Positions 47,861 through 61,063 of a stretch of DNA of 64,000 nt are shown piece after piece (position 1 is the first letter of the stretch; each line of letters starts with the position of its first letter). The notes beneath the pieces are model-generated. The model had not been told where the DNA came from. It ran no database searches and saw nothing but the letters and a program-made list of their open reading frames with translations. The position numbers and the translations under genes were made by a program. Origin of the DNA: Marsupella aquatica. Taxonomy: Eukaryota; Plantae; Marchantiophyta. The stretch lies in NCBI GenBank assembly GCA_973895155.1, contig OZ316892.1, positions 26,869,233-26,933,232 on the forward strand. The letters run 5' to 3'.

Positions 47861-50800
47861 TTAATCCTTCTGCCAGAGCACTTTATTAGGACTGACTACA
47901 CATAAATGGCGGCAACGCTTTAACATATTGATTGCCTCTTCTCTTTGGCCACTCAACAGATCCACATATACTACAGCTAGCACAGCCAAGGGGTTTGCAG
48001 GAGTGATAGCAACTGCCTGTGTCGCCCATTGACGAGCCTGAGCAAGATCCCCCTGCATCACATATACAGCTGCAAGGTTGACATAGAGAGAGGAGCGCGC
48101 ACGAGAGCCAGTTGCATTCGCAACATGCACATCTTCGGCTCCGCTAGCCATAGTAGGACTGAAACTTGTGCTATCCTCCCCGTCACCACTAGCCTCACTG
48201 TTGTCACCACTTTTCCACTTTTGGCCATCCTCTTCACTACCTACAGTGTTTTCTACAGTCGAGTTCTCCATCAAACAAACAGATAAATAGTCTGCTGCTT
48301 CTCGTGAACGGTCCAGAAGGCACAATGCCTCTGCTGCATATAGTCGTCCCAGGAACGCATGTGTCTGAGTGCAATCTGGTTGTGAGAGTAGAGCAGAAGC
48401 TGTTTTGAGAGCCTGTATAGGGTTCTGAAGGCACAACTGAACATACCCCAAGTCTGCTAGAACAGTCAGGCGAATCAGAAGATGCTCTTTCCTCTTCTCC
48501 TCTTCATACGACGCAATGGCTGCTGTGATGGTGCCGCTAGTCCCACTCGTAGCTTTGCTCTCCTTACCATCTCCATTGGGGCTGACCTGAGAGCTGGTCC
48601 CACCAGACGCAGGGGTGATGTTGCCTTTTCTCTCAGTTGTTCCATTCGTTTGATTCTGGCTCGCAGTGGAGGTTGTGACATCATCCACATCATTCACGTC
48701 CACAGCTTCAGCAGCAACAGCTTCAGCAGCAACAGCTGCAGCCGCTTCAGCTATTTTGGCATCGTGTTTGTCAAGCAGATGTAGCGCCGCGTATAGACAT
48801 TGACAAGCAAATGCCATGGAGAGCTTCTGTGGCGTACCCGGTGCTGCACCATTACCCTCTACAATGTTGGGTGCCTGGTCAAGGTTTGACTTTTCTTCCC
48901 TATCACTGTCCCCTTCTAGGTTCAGCCCATTCGTGGCTGTAGGATTCAAACTACCAGCTGGCAGAACGATCCGACGCCATTTGCCATCTCCTACTACAGA
49001 AATTCTTATGTCCTCTCGTTTACCTGGGATACTATTCTCGTTGCCAGAATCCAAAAGACCTTTCTCCAGTGCCATGATACAACACTCAGCAAGACGGAGC
49101 CACAACAACGGCTGGTTGTAATACAAGGACCCGGCTTCTTGAAAGCAACACGCAGCAAGTACAGGATTGCCGCAAACTAACTGCTGCAACCCAGCATTGT
49201 AAAGAATAGAAAGAGACTTGTCCTGAGAGAAAGTGTTGAGTTTCAGGGGAGACTCTTTGCTCCGAGTAGCATTAGCCTGTAAAGCTTTTCGGAAAAACAC
49301 AGCTGCAGTTTGGTTTTTTTGGAGTTGATGATGAATGCACCCAAGATTTGACAGAAACGAAGCTGACATCCCTGATTCCACACGGCTGCTCCAGGTACTC
49401 AAAAGCTTGATCGCTTTTCGGTAGTTTGCACGTGAGTACTCCAACTGGGCCTTGAGGACCAAAGCTGTCAAATGATCCCGTGACAAATTCAACGCAGATT
49501 TCACCTCTCTTTTTGTTGCCTTGAGGCTGCGTGTCAGCATAAGTAGTCGCACTTTGTAGAGATGCAACATTAACTTCAGATCTACCACAGGAGCTGGAAG
49601 AACTTTCTCCACATTAGGCACACGGGACAATCCAGTTGGGAGGGGCAAAGAGGGCACAGATCTGACCGACCCCTCCACATCCAAGCTTAGGCTTAGCGAG
49701 TCTTCATCTAGAACTTCCTCTGATGATGTACGAGTGAGGCCCAACTCTCCACTTGGACTGTTAATCAATGACGATGGGCTGGAGGAGAGAGCATTGCCAT
49801 CACCGGATGACGCCAGACCCACTACTGCACTACTCAGCAGCTGTGTTTGTATCGGAGGCTGAGATTGTAAAGACGACCCACCTTCCCCGGGAGAAACTAA
49901 ATACCCAAACGACTTCTCCATTGTCTGGAGCACAGACTGCCAAATCAATTCAAGAGGTACTCGTGTTAGAACAGTATTTGAAACATGTGAATTGTAAACT
50001 ATCTTAAACATATAACGCAAAAAGAACCTTTGGCAGTCCAAACACCAACAGTTGGACGCAAGGTACAGAGGCAAGCAAAGTCCAAATATTAGGTCAAAAA
50101 GGTCGGAATTCCATATCGCCATAATGCAAGGCTAAACAACTATGAGGACATCTTCTCCTGAAACTGACGTCTCACAAATGGTACTGAAATTGAGCCAAAT
50201 CATCAGTGGCTTGCCTTTGGATTATGAAATTTGATCTGGACGAATTTTTGCTCACCGGTTTAAGCTGAATTAGTTCTGGACTACAAATGGAGGAAAATAC
50301 TCTCCGAATTAAATTAGGGTACATCGAACACATAGAAGTTCAAATTGAGAAGACGAATTGGTGGCTTACTGCTGCTTTCGTAGGCTGACCAGACGCAAGC
50401 GTGATATCCAGCATCAACATGCACACTCGTAAAGCTGCTGTCTGCAATTGACGAAGACATGCACAACTGCTTAGACAGACGCACAAAATATCAACATAAA
50501 ACCCTTTCATCCAACTTCTGCCCATTAAGATGTACAATGCTGTTGGCGGAAGACCGACACCCGTGGATATCAACGGCGTGTATACGAACGAACAAAACCA
50601 AGCCTTCGTGAAGTACATAAACCTTTGTGGTCATCATATGACTGTGCAGGCAGAACACTACATTTGCTGCAGTGATATGCAGATGTTCTACGATGAACAT
50701 ACATACCTCATCAATCGGCTCAATATTCTGGTATAGAGGTTCCAAAACAGACAATGCTGTAGCATACTGCTGCAGATGATAAAAGATTACTGCCTGCACA

Positions 50801-52682
50801 TCAAGTTTTGACAGCACACGAGAACCATCAGTAAACCTAATTTTTTATTTCAATATTGGTTATTATTCCATTCTCAATGCTTAGAATAAACGTAGACACA
50901 ATCACGATACCCCCAACTATAATGCGATAGTGTATCTTCGTTGAAGTCAAATGTGTCTAGGTGGCAACTACAGAATCTACACTTAGTCAATTGTCAGTCG
51001 ACACAGTTATATGATCAGTTCCCAGTCATCTTGCGATGTAGTAATCTGAACGCAAAAATCACGTAGGAGATATACGAAAGGACGTCCATCACGTACAAAA
51101 TATAGCTAACGTAGTCCCAATACTAGACTGACATGCAAGTCATCCGGTCCTCACTCACAGTATTCAAAGTAGGAATGGATGTGTCATAATCTTCCATATA
51201 TGCAATGGCCTCCCCGCCTCCTGACCCTGATCCTGAGGGTGCAGCTGGCTGGCCTTGTCCTCCACTACCTCCCGTGGCAGAGGTACTCGAACGCGAGCCG
51301 GTAGAAGAGCTAACACTCTGGCTGTTAGAGGAGGCTGTGCCAATTCCCTCAAGCTGCTCCTCTTCAGCTCGTGCCAGCTCCTCACTCCTCCCCTGAGGGC
51401 AACCCCATCCAAGTAATTTAAATTAGCGAACACAAAAAATGGTGACACGCAGAATTTTAGAGGAAACAGTGTTTTCACAAAGCTAACAGGAGGGAGCTTC
51501 TTGCCATATCTTCTCAGGCCATGTACAAGTGAACGACAGACTTCCGGCGTTCACAGCAAAGAGTGATCAAATTAACTATTGAGTTTTCATTAATAGACAA
51601 CAGAGTTCGTTGGTGGATACTTTTGTCCCACTGGATGTGCAAACTCATAAGAATAATGGGAACAGCTTTAACATCGGCAACCGTGTCCAGTCACACAGTC
51701 CACGGAACTAACCCTGATGATCTTGCATACGGAATAGATGCTCCCAATTGTGACAATGAACTCAGGTTGCAATTAAGGCACGGGCACGTACCCGATTGAG
51801 GTAACTATTTATGCAACTCTTTAGCTGAACACGAACAGCACATCGATGGTGCAATCGAAACCCTAAATTTCTTCTCGGAAGGAAACCAAAAAGTCAAGGG
51901 ATAGAGTAGTCACCAACCTTGACTTTAGCCAGGACGTCGAGCAACTTCTGCGGATCTGTGCACCCATCTCGGTAGTACTCCGCGACTGCTATATTATGCA
52001 ACACCTGCATTGAAAAAAAGGCGAAGGTCTCATCATACCGCACAATGTTTCGTTACACCAATTTTCGATCGGGGAAGGGGACAACGAAGGCAACTAGTAC
52101 CCTCGAGTCCAGAGCAAATTCACAAAATTCAAAAACCCTAACAATGTAACCCCTAGTCCAATGTTTCCTCCACACGACATGAAATGTCCTTGTGTCTCAA
52201 ACCGCGAATCAGCAGTCGTCACGGACACTGACCTTCGGATCATCCTCTTTCTTCTGTAGGAGCTGCTCCAGAACGCGCAAGCACTCCGCATACCGCTGCG
52301 CCTTGAAGAGCATCGCGGCTTCCTTGGCCAGCCCGGCCACGGCAGACGACGCAGCAGCGGAGGTGGTTGCGGGGGGAGGAGGAGGAGGTGGAGGAGGATG
52401 CGGAGTTTGAGGTCTTGCTGCTGCTGCCGCTTCTGCTGCTCCTCCATCGTCCGCCTGTGAAGAAGAGGGAACAGCAGATGCTGCTGCTGCGGGCGTTGTC
52501 ATTAAGCTCGTCGTGCTGCTGCCATTGTTGCTGCTATTCGCGCTTCCATTGCTGCCTCCTCCTCCTCCTTCTCCTCCTTCACTTCCACTTCCACTTCCTC
52601 CACTACTTCCACCTCCGGCAATGCCAGCAGCCGTAGCTTCAGCCCCTGCTGCCGCCCCGCCATCGCTGCCGCCTTCGTCCAT
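47861..52682 (-). CDS. CNOT10: CCR4-NOT complex subunit 10; exons approx. 52682-52233, 52004-51918, 51393-51161, 50793-50707, 50443-50369, 49937-47861
   Basis: LAKEAAMLF..DPKVLHNIAVAEY, AVIFYHLQQY..LEPLYQNIEPIDE, LHLYKVRLL..LKATKREVK, NLGCIHHQL, LYNAGLQQL..PLLWLRLAECC, LGRLYAAEALCLLDR are characteristic of plant NOT10. Confidence 0.93.
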
Positions 52683-53462
52683 CTTTTCTCCGCTCCTCTC
52701 CACTCCAGTTCTCGCCTACACTCCGGTTCAATGCACCATCTCTATCGAGCGTGCGAGGAATAGTCGATAGATTGCGAAGCCGATTAATTGAGCAGACTCC
52801 TACAGTTCTCGAGAACGAACAATATGACGGACGGCTTCGTGTTTGGGGGAGACGGAAAAGGGGGGAGAAAGACCACGGTCCAAAGCTTGATTAGGGATAA
52901 AGAGACGAGGCGGATGTTAATGTACTGTCGTTAAGTTAATCAATCCAGCCGTTGCCATCCCATCCCTCCTGCCGCTTATAATCTGATTAATTAAGATGGC
53001 ACTGTAATGACCAGTTTCAAGTGGATGGATGATGAATGGATCACCATGTTTGATTTAAGGATTTAGTGCATTATCCATTTTTTTTTCATACTTGAATGCG
53101 AAAAGATATAGACATATGCTACTACTATCTGAATAAAATTCGAGTATTCATTTCGAGTTTATGGATGATGAATTCAATGGTTGAGGCATTGTTTTCATAC
53201 TAAAACTTGAAAAATTTATACTGAAGTTATTATTACTGGTAGAGTCAACAATTACCTTTTTAATGGTAAACGCTCGTCCCATGAAGCACTCATGTATGAT
53301 ATGGTCCCCACACAATGTTTGTTAAACTACATAGCTATAGCTCAGAGCTCAACACTTTTTTCCTGGATTGAAAAACCCTTTTTTGTGTGCAAGACTTCTC
53401 CAGGGCCTGGGCAGAGCATTACTAACAGCTCTCAGAAACTACAGTAAGTTGTTATCCAGTGA

Positions 53463-53699
53463 CGAGTCCTATGCCACTGCGTTGCACTGTGCAAGGAAGG
53501 TTGGCCCATAGGGAGTCGGGCCAGGGCATTAATGGGGCAGCGAGAAGCACATATGTTCCAGGGGTGCACATTTCCTCCATCAATAGTCAGAAGAAAAAAG
53601 CTAATCAAATCCAACGGCTGTGGGATCTTTCCCGTCCATGAATTTTTTTGTATTGGGACAAAAGACAAAAAAAGGGGGATCCATCGTTATAGTTGTAAA
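53463..53699 (-). mobile_element. Short non-autonomous Helitron-like element
   Basis: Minus strand starts A|TTTACAACTATAA and ends GTGCAACGCA..CTCG|T; both ends are shared with the copy at 53938-54756. Confidence 0.6.
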
Positions 53700-53937
53700 T
53701 GGTTTTTGATAAGGTGACCTGCACAAGTGTCTGTCTATCTATTTATGATGGTTATCAAATATGCTATCTCATAGAAGAGATATCATGCAACACTTTTTTT
53801 CTCTAAGTAGAGATTCATATACTTATTCCTCAAATTTATGGGCTTTCTCAGGACAAAAAAAAAGGTGATGCTCAGGGCCCCACAGGCTTGAAACCAGGGC
53901 CTTGCTCTCTTACTAATCTTGAGATTCATGCAATAGA

Positions 53938-54756
53938 CGAGCCCTATGCCAGTGCGTTGCACCGTGCAAGGAGGGCCGGCCCACATCAGAGGGAGCATTT
54001 TCGAGGGGGGATTTCCATAACAGCTTTTAGTACCTGTCCCCTAAACTACCCAATATAATTAACTTGTCCCCCATTTTGTATTTGGGTTAATATTAATTTG
54101 TATATGGGTTCCCGTAGCCAGGTGAGGCCGATGAAGGGGTGCCATGGTGGGCTCAGGCTATCCGGTAGCAACTTGCCACATGGTCATGGGAACCCGTATA
54201 CATGTTAATTATATTAATACAAATACAAAATGGAGGACATGTTGATAATTAATTTTGTTTTGGGGGCACCTTAGCAATATTAGGTAATTTGGGGGACAGG
54301 TTAGTAAAAACTTGTTGTCCATAATGAAGGGAGGGAGGGAATTGGTTAGGTTGAGGGGATTCGCGAGGGAGGGAGAAAAAGATGAGGCATGGAGGGGAGG
54401 GGATGATTTGATGTTGGGATTTGATGGAGGCATGGGGGAAGCATTTGCAAGGGAGGGAGGGAATGATGAGGCACGGAGGGGAGGGATAATGATCAGGCAT
54501 TGTTATCCCCTCATTGATGGCGACGTGAGGGTCCAACGCGAGGCACGACATGAGGGTCCGGCGTGAGGCACATATTCGCAACGCAGGCGTAGAGGGACCG
54601 GATGGTATTGTCGGGAGTGGAAGTCCTCGCAAGTGAATCAAATGGATATGATAAATTCACTCAAATATCTAACGGCCAGTTTTGATTCCCGCCAATATTG
54701 GATTTTGTAATGGGACAAAAGACAAAAATGACAGGATTGCCTATTATAGTTGTAGA
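53938..54756 (-). mobile_element. Non-autonomous Helitron-like element with an internal foldback
   Basis: Minus strand A|TCTACAACTATAA...CGGTGCAACGCACTGG (typical plant Helitron 3' hairpin)...CTCG|T; no TSD. Confidence 0.7.
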
Positions 54757-55761
54757 TTCTTTGCTACTTGTTTACACAAATTGGAACAACTTGCAAAAGG
54801 TCCGCCATGTACTCAATCATTTGTTATAAAAATGTAAAGTTTTTTCTTCCATATGTTCAAGCATTGCTGGAAGGTTTATCCACTACCCAGACAGAAAAAA
54901 ATTAAGTTAATCATAATTATTGACCTATTTCTAGGGCAATGTCTCTTTGTTAATTTCAACATCAAAACATGCCACTCTTCAATATACCTTGTTATATTTC
55001 CATCCTCAAAATGAGGCTCCAAGGATGTAGCTACTATACTAGGACTAGCCAAGTGACATGCTTTGCACAACAATGTCAATAGTAAGTGATGTTGAGCATA
55101 AATGTTATTGAGCATAAGTGAGATGGCCAGGCAATAGAGTTGGATGTTGTGGGGAGTAGGTTGGTCAGCCTAGCAACCAGATTTCAAGGAGTGTGCATAA
55201 GGGTTTCATGGAGAGTGACACTTGAGAGTGGAAAAGGTGCAGAGTAGCACCCTCAGGTCCATCTCATGGTTATTAAAAAATGTCACCATAATCCATGGCA
55301 AGGGACGCTTACCATACAATGACATTTAGTAAACTGACCAGGAGAAAGAAATAGTGGGATTGCATGTTTACTCATTATGAAGGTGCTATATATGGTGAAT
55401 CCAACTCTCATGTTTTGTCTTATTCATATTTGTGTATCATGAATTTTTATTTGAATGTACCTTAACAAGGGGTATCCTTTGTATCACATAGACTTTTAAT
55501 TCATTTTTGGACCCCTTTAAAATTTTGGTATTCTATAGTGTTTTGAATTTATTTTGGCAGTCCCCTTAATTTGTAAACTTTGTTAAGTCCTAGAGAGAAA
55601 CTAAGAGCTTCATTTTCTACCGCTTTTAAATATGCTCATGAGTGAGAGGAATGATTCTAAGAAATGTCAGCACATCCTGTCTTAAGCTCCCCTTGTGGCT
55701 TTCTTTCCTAAGTTTATGGTTTTTATTGAATAAGAGTCATTAATAAGACACACTGAAATAG

Positions 55762-55961
55762 GTGCACAACTCGTAGGATCTTTGTGTAATAAAATTGTAC
55801 TTTCCATTGATCACTATGTGCTTTTATTGCATGTGCTTTATTTATATTATTTAATTTCATTGTGCACAACTCGTAGCAATTTTGTGTAATAAAATTGTAC
55901 TTTCCATTGGTCACTATGTGCTTTTATTGCATGTACTTTATTTATATTATTTAATTTCATT
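55762..55961. repeat. ~100-bp tandem duplication
   Basis: GTGCACAACTCGTAG...TTTAATTTCATT occurs twice head to tail. Confidence 0.9.
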
Positions 55962-57758
55962 CACATTTAATATGTATTATAGTCTTACTCTTTAATTTTG
56001 TCCACTTAATATCACTAGAAGACAAAAAGTAAAGCATGTTCCAGGATGAGCATGCTATATTGTAGGGTTTGCATGATGTCAGTATAACTAAATATCAAAA
56101 ACCACTTGAAAAATTTAAACCTTGACAATCAATCTACGGCTACGGGTACATTAGAGCTCCCTAACCAATCCCATCTGAGATCCCATCAAAATATTTTAAT
56201 GAAACTTTTTCTTATGCATGGAATCAAAATCATGGGGGAGAAAAAAACAAGCTGATGGGAAAACAACATGAAGTCTATTGTCTAGCTTCCACCCAAAACA
56301 AATTAAAAATGAACAATAATGGTCCTCCCATTCAATCGAAGAGTGATCTTTGTTCCAATACAGGGCCACTTTATTACAATGCCTGGGCTTAGTGTATTAA
56401 AGCGGGCTAAGTACTTAAAATAGGTTTAGTACTGAGTTTAGTGGATTTTCCCTTATTTTCTCCCCTTTATTGTGTCTACAGGTAGTGCCTTTGAGATCGG
56501 GTCCAGTTTGCTTAGAGGATTTAGTTCTTCTGTCATTGTTGAGGACTCTTGGGCTTTTGGCTTTAGTGTGTTTTTCCTTCTTTCTCCCGTTCTACTGTAG
56601 TTTTCCGTATCTGACCCATTAGCGGGAACCCTGGTTTACACTGGAACCCAAAGCCAGCACGAAATATCTTGAGGGCGGAGCAAAAAAGGTTGAGGGCGAA
56701 AAACACTCATTATGGGTTGCAGTTCGAGCCATGAGTTGTATCTCAATTTCTCAAAGGTCTAAACTTCTGGCTGTCCGAGCACAGTTCTCGAGCATCACCT
56801 TCGGTCTTTCCTGCCTTGAAAAAGAATTAAAGAACCCTGCTGGTGATATAGACAATCCCAACGTCCCAACCCTGATGAATGTTAGGGACTTTGGTGATGT
56901 AAGCTGATCATCATAATGTCCAAGCCATCAAACTCCGAGCATCCCACTCTCTATACAGGTGAATCCCGTTGAATTTTTCTCTCAGAACTTGGTCATGTTT
57001 TTGCAGTAGTCCTCAGTTCACTGAAGGTTTTGCTTCTACAAAAAATAAAATTCTCTGCTTTAAGACTGCCGCCTCCTGCAAATTCTGCGTTTGGACCCAG
57101 TGACTGTCCAATTCTAGCTATTCATCGATGAGCAGCTTCGACAGGCCACAGAGTTCTCAGGAAAGGCAAAGTCTAGAGCGACAACAACTGTTCTGCTGAA
57201 ACGAGTGCACTAACAAAGCAGGGCAACCGAGCTTCAATTGGTAGCCGCATATTCTTGTGTAAACCTTTTCTTTAGAATGCGGAAGTCAAGAAATGCACTC
57301 CTCAAACGAGTGACGGCAACGACGACGAGATGGGGACACAAGAGTTGGGCGTCTTAGGGCTGGCTTTTGACAGGAAGCGAAGTTCTCATCATTCACGTCA
57401 ATCGTAACAACAACAAATTGCTTTGCTGTTCGTTCCTCCCGAGTTCGTAGTTTCAGGTGTAAATCTTGACCTAAATTGCTCTCATCCTGAGTTCGCAGTG
57501 TCAGCTTCGAATCTTGGCCTGCATCGTTTGCGTTGGTGGAATTATGAAACTTCGGAATTCGCCCGGAAAGCGAGTTTGAATGGAAATGACGGTTAATCAA
57601 TTTTAGAGTCGGATTCTAGATATTTGTAAACCCTGGCATCCTGAATGCTCAAGCTGGGCAGACTTACACGCACTGGATTGTTCTTAGGTCAATGCAGCTA
57701 GCATATCAACTTTGTGGAGAGTGGAAGGGGCTAGTAGGAATTTGAGGTTGGGGGGACA

Positions 57759-58873
57759 ATGGCAGGGTTTGGAGCTGGCATCCGGGCTTTGGCAGCAGCA
57801 GCTAGTCGCCATCTTGTTCATCAATCAGCTACCTTTCGTAGACCTCTTCTGGCAGACGATTACTTGCGGTCGGTCTCGGTTATTTCGAGCATGGGCTACG
57901 CTACCCGAGCTAAGAAAAGAGAACGGTCAAGTCGACGAAGCCATTCGGATGATGAGGCTGTAAGTCTTCTAACCCCACGTTCACGAGGATAAAAATAAGG
58001 CCTTCGGGCTTTGCTAGAACGATCTCCTCTTGGTTTGCTAAACCCTATGACAAGGGTTTAGGGTTGCTATCCTCTTCTTCTCGCCTGGTAGAGTTGTCCA
58101 GTTCCCCGATTTTGCCCTTGGTGCTCGGCAGCTCTCTAGATTTCCTTTCTCGCTCGTTTTTATCTCCTGTGTGCCAGACATTGCTCCATCTTATGCTTTC
58201 CTCTAGATTTTCAATTGAAGTAGGTCTTCCATCAACTCTCAAAGCTGCATTTTCAACCTTGTGGTCTGTGCTGACTCAGTTGAGCGGCCCGTAAAGCTCA
58301 GCATGGAGTTAAATGAATAGTATTTCGTGCAGTCGCTTACGCTAACCCGGTCCAACTTGTTATTCTATTCTAGTAGTCCTTCTGAAACAGGTAACTCTAA
58401 CTTTTGTGTTTGTCATTTGTGTGCAGCTGAGTTGGTATCACGATTACGATCGCCATCTGCCCTGGCCTGATAGGAGACAAACTCTAGAAGAGAAGGACAG
58501 ACAGAAGGAAAAGAAGAAGAACCACAGAAGGTCTTTTAAGTTACGGTGTGAGAAGTATTTGAAACCTTTCACTCTCGACATATACATCTCCAACAAGTAC
58601 GTGCACGCAACAATTATGCACAGGGCTCTGCATAAAGTAGTAGCTGTTGCCAATTCTAATGCAAAAGAGTTTCGTGGGACGTTGCCGGCTTATGGTGATA
58701 TGCGAGCCTGCTGGGTGATTGGAAAGGTTCTTGCTGACCGGGCCAAGGAAGCCGATGTGTACACAGTAGTCTATGAACCAAGGAGAGGAGAGAAGCTGGA
58801 CACGAAGATCATGACAATCGTTGATACCTTAGTCGAGAATGGCATTGCTTTGGAGTTGGACAAAAACGCATAG
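57759..58873 (+). CDS. Organelle-targeted ribosomal protein uL18 family (uL18-like) protein; exons 57759-57959, 58427-58873
   Basis: R/A/S-rich presequence-like N-terminus; YLKPFTLDIYISNKYVHATIMHR..VVAVANSNAKE..IGKVLADRAKEADVYTV matches plant L18p/L5e-family proteins; phase-0 GT-AG intron. Confidence 0.88.
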
Positions 58874-60141
58874 AGAGCTCATCCTGTTTCCGAGGTACCA
58901 TACTCTGTTATTCCATTGTCACAGTTCGCTCTTTACATCCAAAATTAGTTACGTCTTAGATCATCGAGGTCAATTTACAATCTCAGTCTGACCATTGGAG
59001 GGTCTGTAAAATACTCAATCAAGGGAGAGACGTTGCATCTGACTGTCCTGGTTGCTTGCAGTCGGATCTAAATTAGACAACCTCACCCTTTCCTGCTGCA
59101 TTCACGCGATGGTGAAAGATTGGACAAATCTATTGGAGAAGGTGATTGGCACTGTAGGTGGGAAGGTTGGGAAACTTTCCCGAGGTTGGAAAGGAAAGGT
59201 GTGCTATGAAAAGTCATATAGCACCCAAATCCTATGACATTTTTGTTTAGTATGTAAAGTCTGGCTATGATCCCTGAGCATTCACAGAAAATAATGTAAT
59301 TACCGTCTGTGGCCCGCTGACAGGATAGCAATTACTGTCCGTGGTGTGGAGTGCCATAAACGATAGTTTGTAGAACTGAGGAGTGTGCCAGTAGCTTAAT
59401 GTAGAAAGTAATTCAGAGCCAGTCTCCCTTCTTTAAGAGAGCATTCCACGACACTTGTTAGATCAATAAGCATTCAATATAAGATGGAGACCCTTTTGAA
59501 TGGAGTACACTGGTCGCTAAAAGGGTCAATTTTATGTTTTCAAATTAAGCTCTCCGGGTTGTCCAGCCAATCTTTCTCATTGAGATGGAAACATTTGTGA
59601 AAAACGAACGAGAGCCACATTACAGCTGCACCTACTCTGGATAGCTCGTCTCTGTTTCCATCGTTTTTGTTTTACAAAGTTCTCACTGCCATCAGACTAG
59701 CATGGATATGGAATGGATCTCTTCACCAGCTCCGAAGGCCCGTGTAATATTGTTTTTTAATTTTAAAGTCTGATTTCGACTAATTACCAATTGTGGCCCG
59801 GACGACAATCGTAGTCACATACCATCTGATGCCAGAATCGGGACGATTGGCGTTGAATCTAAGACCAGCATGTATCAATGGTAGGTAAGCAGGGCATTAC
59901 AAGGACTGTCAGCGCAAGTCCAACAGCACATCACTTCCACGAAACAATTCGGACGAACGCCAGCTGATTACAATCATTATTGTTTGTCAACTTGCAGCCA
60001 TCAACGTGCCCTGACAGAGAAATGGCCAGATGGTGAGGAGGCCTGCCGTGTTCTGTGGCATATCCCCACTCGCCAGTAGGTCAATGTACCCGATTGCAAA
60101 GCAATGTCAGGTGCGAACGCAAAGACCTCTGACGAAAAACG

Positions 60142-60600
60142 TCACAGGCCCTTTTGACGTCGTTGCAGAAATTCATTGTTTTCTTTCCAGGCTTCGCCAC
60201 TCGAATAGACCTCTTTCTTCCAAATTGGAACAGTAGCTTTCAACTCATCGATCAGAAACTGGCAAGCTTCAAGCGCATCCTTCCTGTGGGTCGAAGAGAC
60301 GGCAATAAACACGCTCTCTTCGCCTATTGGCACGATCCCGAGTCGGTGAGCTATGGCCACTCCGATCAAAGACCACCGGTTTCTAGCTGATGTGCAGATT
60401 TTCTTGAGCTCCAGGACAGCCATAGGTTTGTACGCCTCGTACCGCAGCTCGATCACCTCGCGCCCCTGGAACGTGTCTCTCGTGGTTCCAATGAAAGTAG
60501 AAATTGCACCGGCTCCATTGTCCCGAACCGCATCGACGTATTTCCCCATCTCCAGAGGACTGTCCACAATCTCCAACAAATCCTCCTTCTCATTCGCCAT
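60142..60600 (-). CDS. CNX6: Molybdopterin synthase catalytic subunit (MoaE family)
   Basis: GAISTFIGTTRDTFQG..LRYEAY..AIAHRLG.VPIGEESVFIAVSSTHR..IDELKATVPIWKKEVY. Confidence 0.95.
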   Translation of the reverse strand: MANEKEDLLEIVDSPLEMGKYVDAVRDNGAGAISTFIGTTRDTFQGREVIELRYEAYKPMAVLELKKICTSARNRWSLIGVAIAHRLGIVPIGEESVFIAVSSTHRKDALEACQFLIDELKATVPIWKKEVYSSGEAWKENNEFLQRRQKGL

Positions 60601-60613
60601 GATAATCCCTCAC

Positions 60614-60725
60614 TATGCCACCCTCGGGAATGTACTCGACTGCAGCCGACTGCACGAGAGGAGCTTCAGTATGCCACCCTCGGGAATGTACTGGACTGCA
60701 GCCGACTGCACGAGAGGAGCTTCAG
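60614..60725. repeat. 56-bp tandem duplication immediately upstream of the CNX6 start codon
   Basis: 60614-60669 and 60670-60725 differ at one base. Confidence 0.95.
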
Positions 60726-60915
60726 CAACAGGAAGCTCTGAGGATAAAACCTTTGTTTCACATTTGCTTGATGGCCTCGAATTGTTCTCCATTTCTTGTA
60801 CAACTCTTACTAAGTGCACACTCCTGGGGAAGCCAGGGCCTTGCACTTACATGTGGTTTGCACTACCTGACCATAGACCCTATGACCCTCCCATGCGGTA
60901 CCCGGGAGCTCTACC

Positions 60916-61063
60916 AGGCTTTTCAGTTTGTGACTTAGTTGGGCTTTAGTGGTTTTGCAACTTGGACTATTGGGAATTTTGCCTCGTTGGCTTAGGCTTT
61001 TCAGTTTGTGACTTAGTTGGGCTTTAGTGGTTTTGCGACTTGGACTATTGGGAATTTTGCCTC
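60916..61063. repeat. ~79-bp tandem duplication
   Basis: AGGCTTTTCAGTTTGTGACTTAGTTGGGC...GGGAATTTTGCCTC occurs twice. Confidence 0.85.

Noticed and set aside
60613-60846. Upstream ORF with YIPEGG as a MOCS2A-like bicistronic partner of CNX6
   Set aside because: No MoaD-like sequence or terminal GG-stop; it crosses a probable intron; plants encode the small subunit separately (CNX7).
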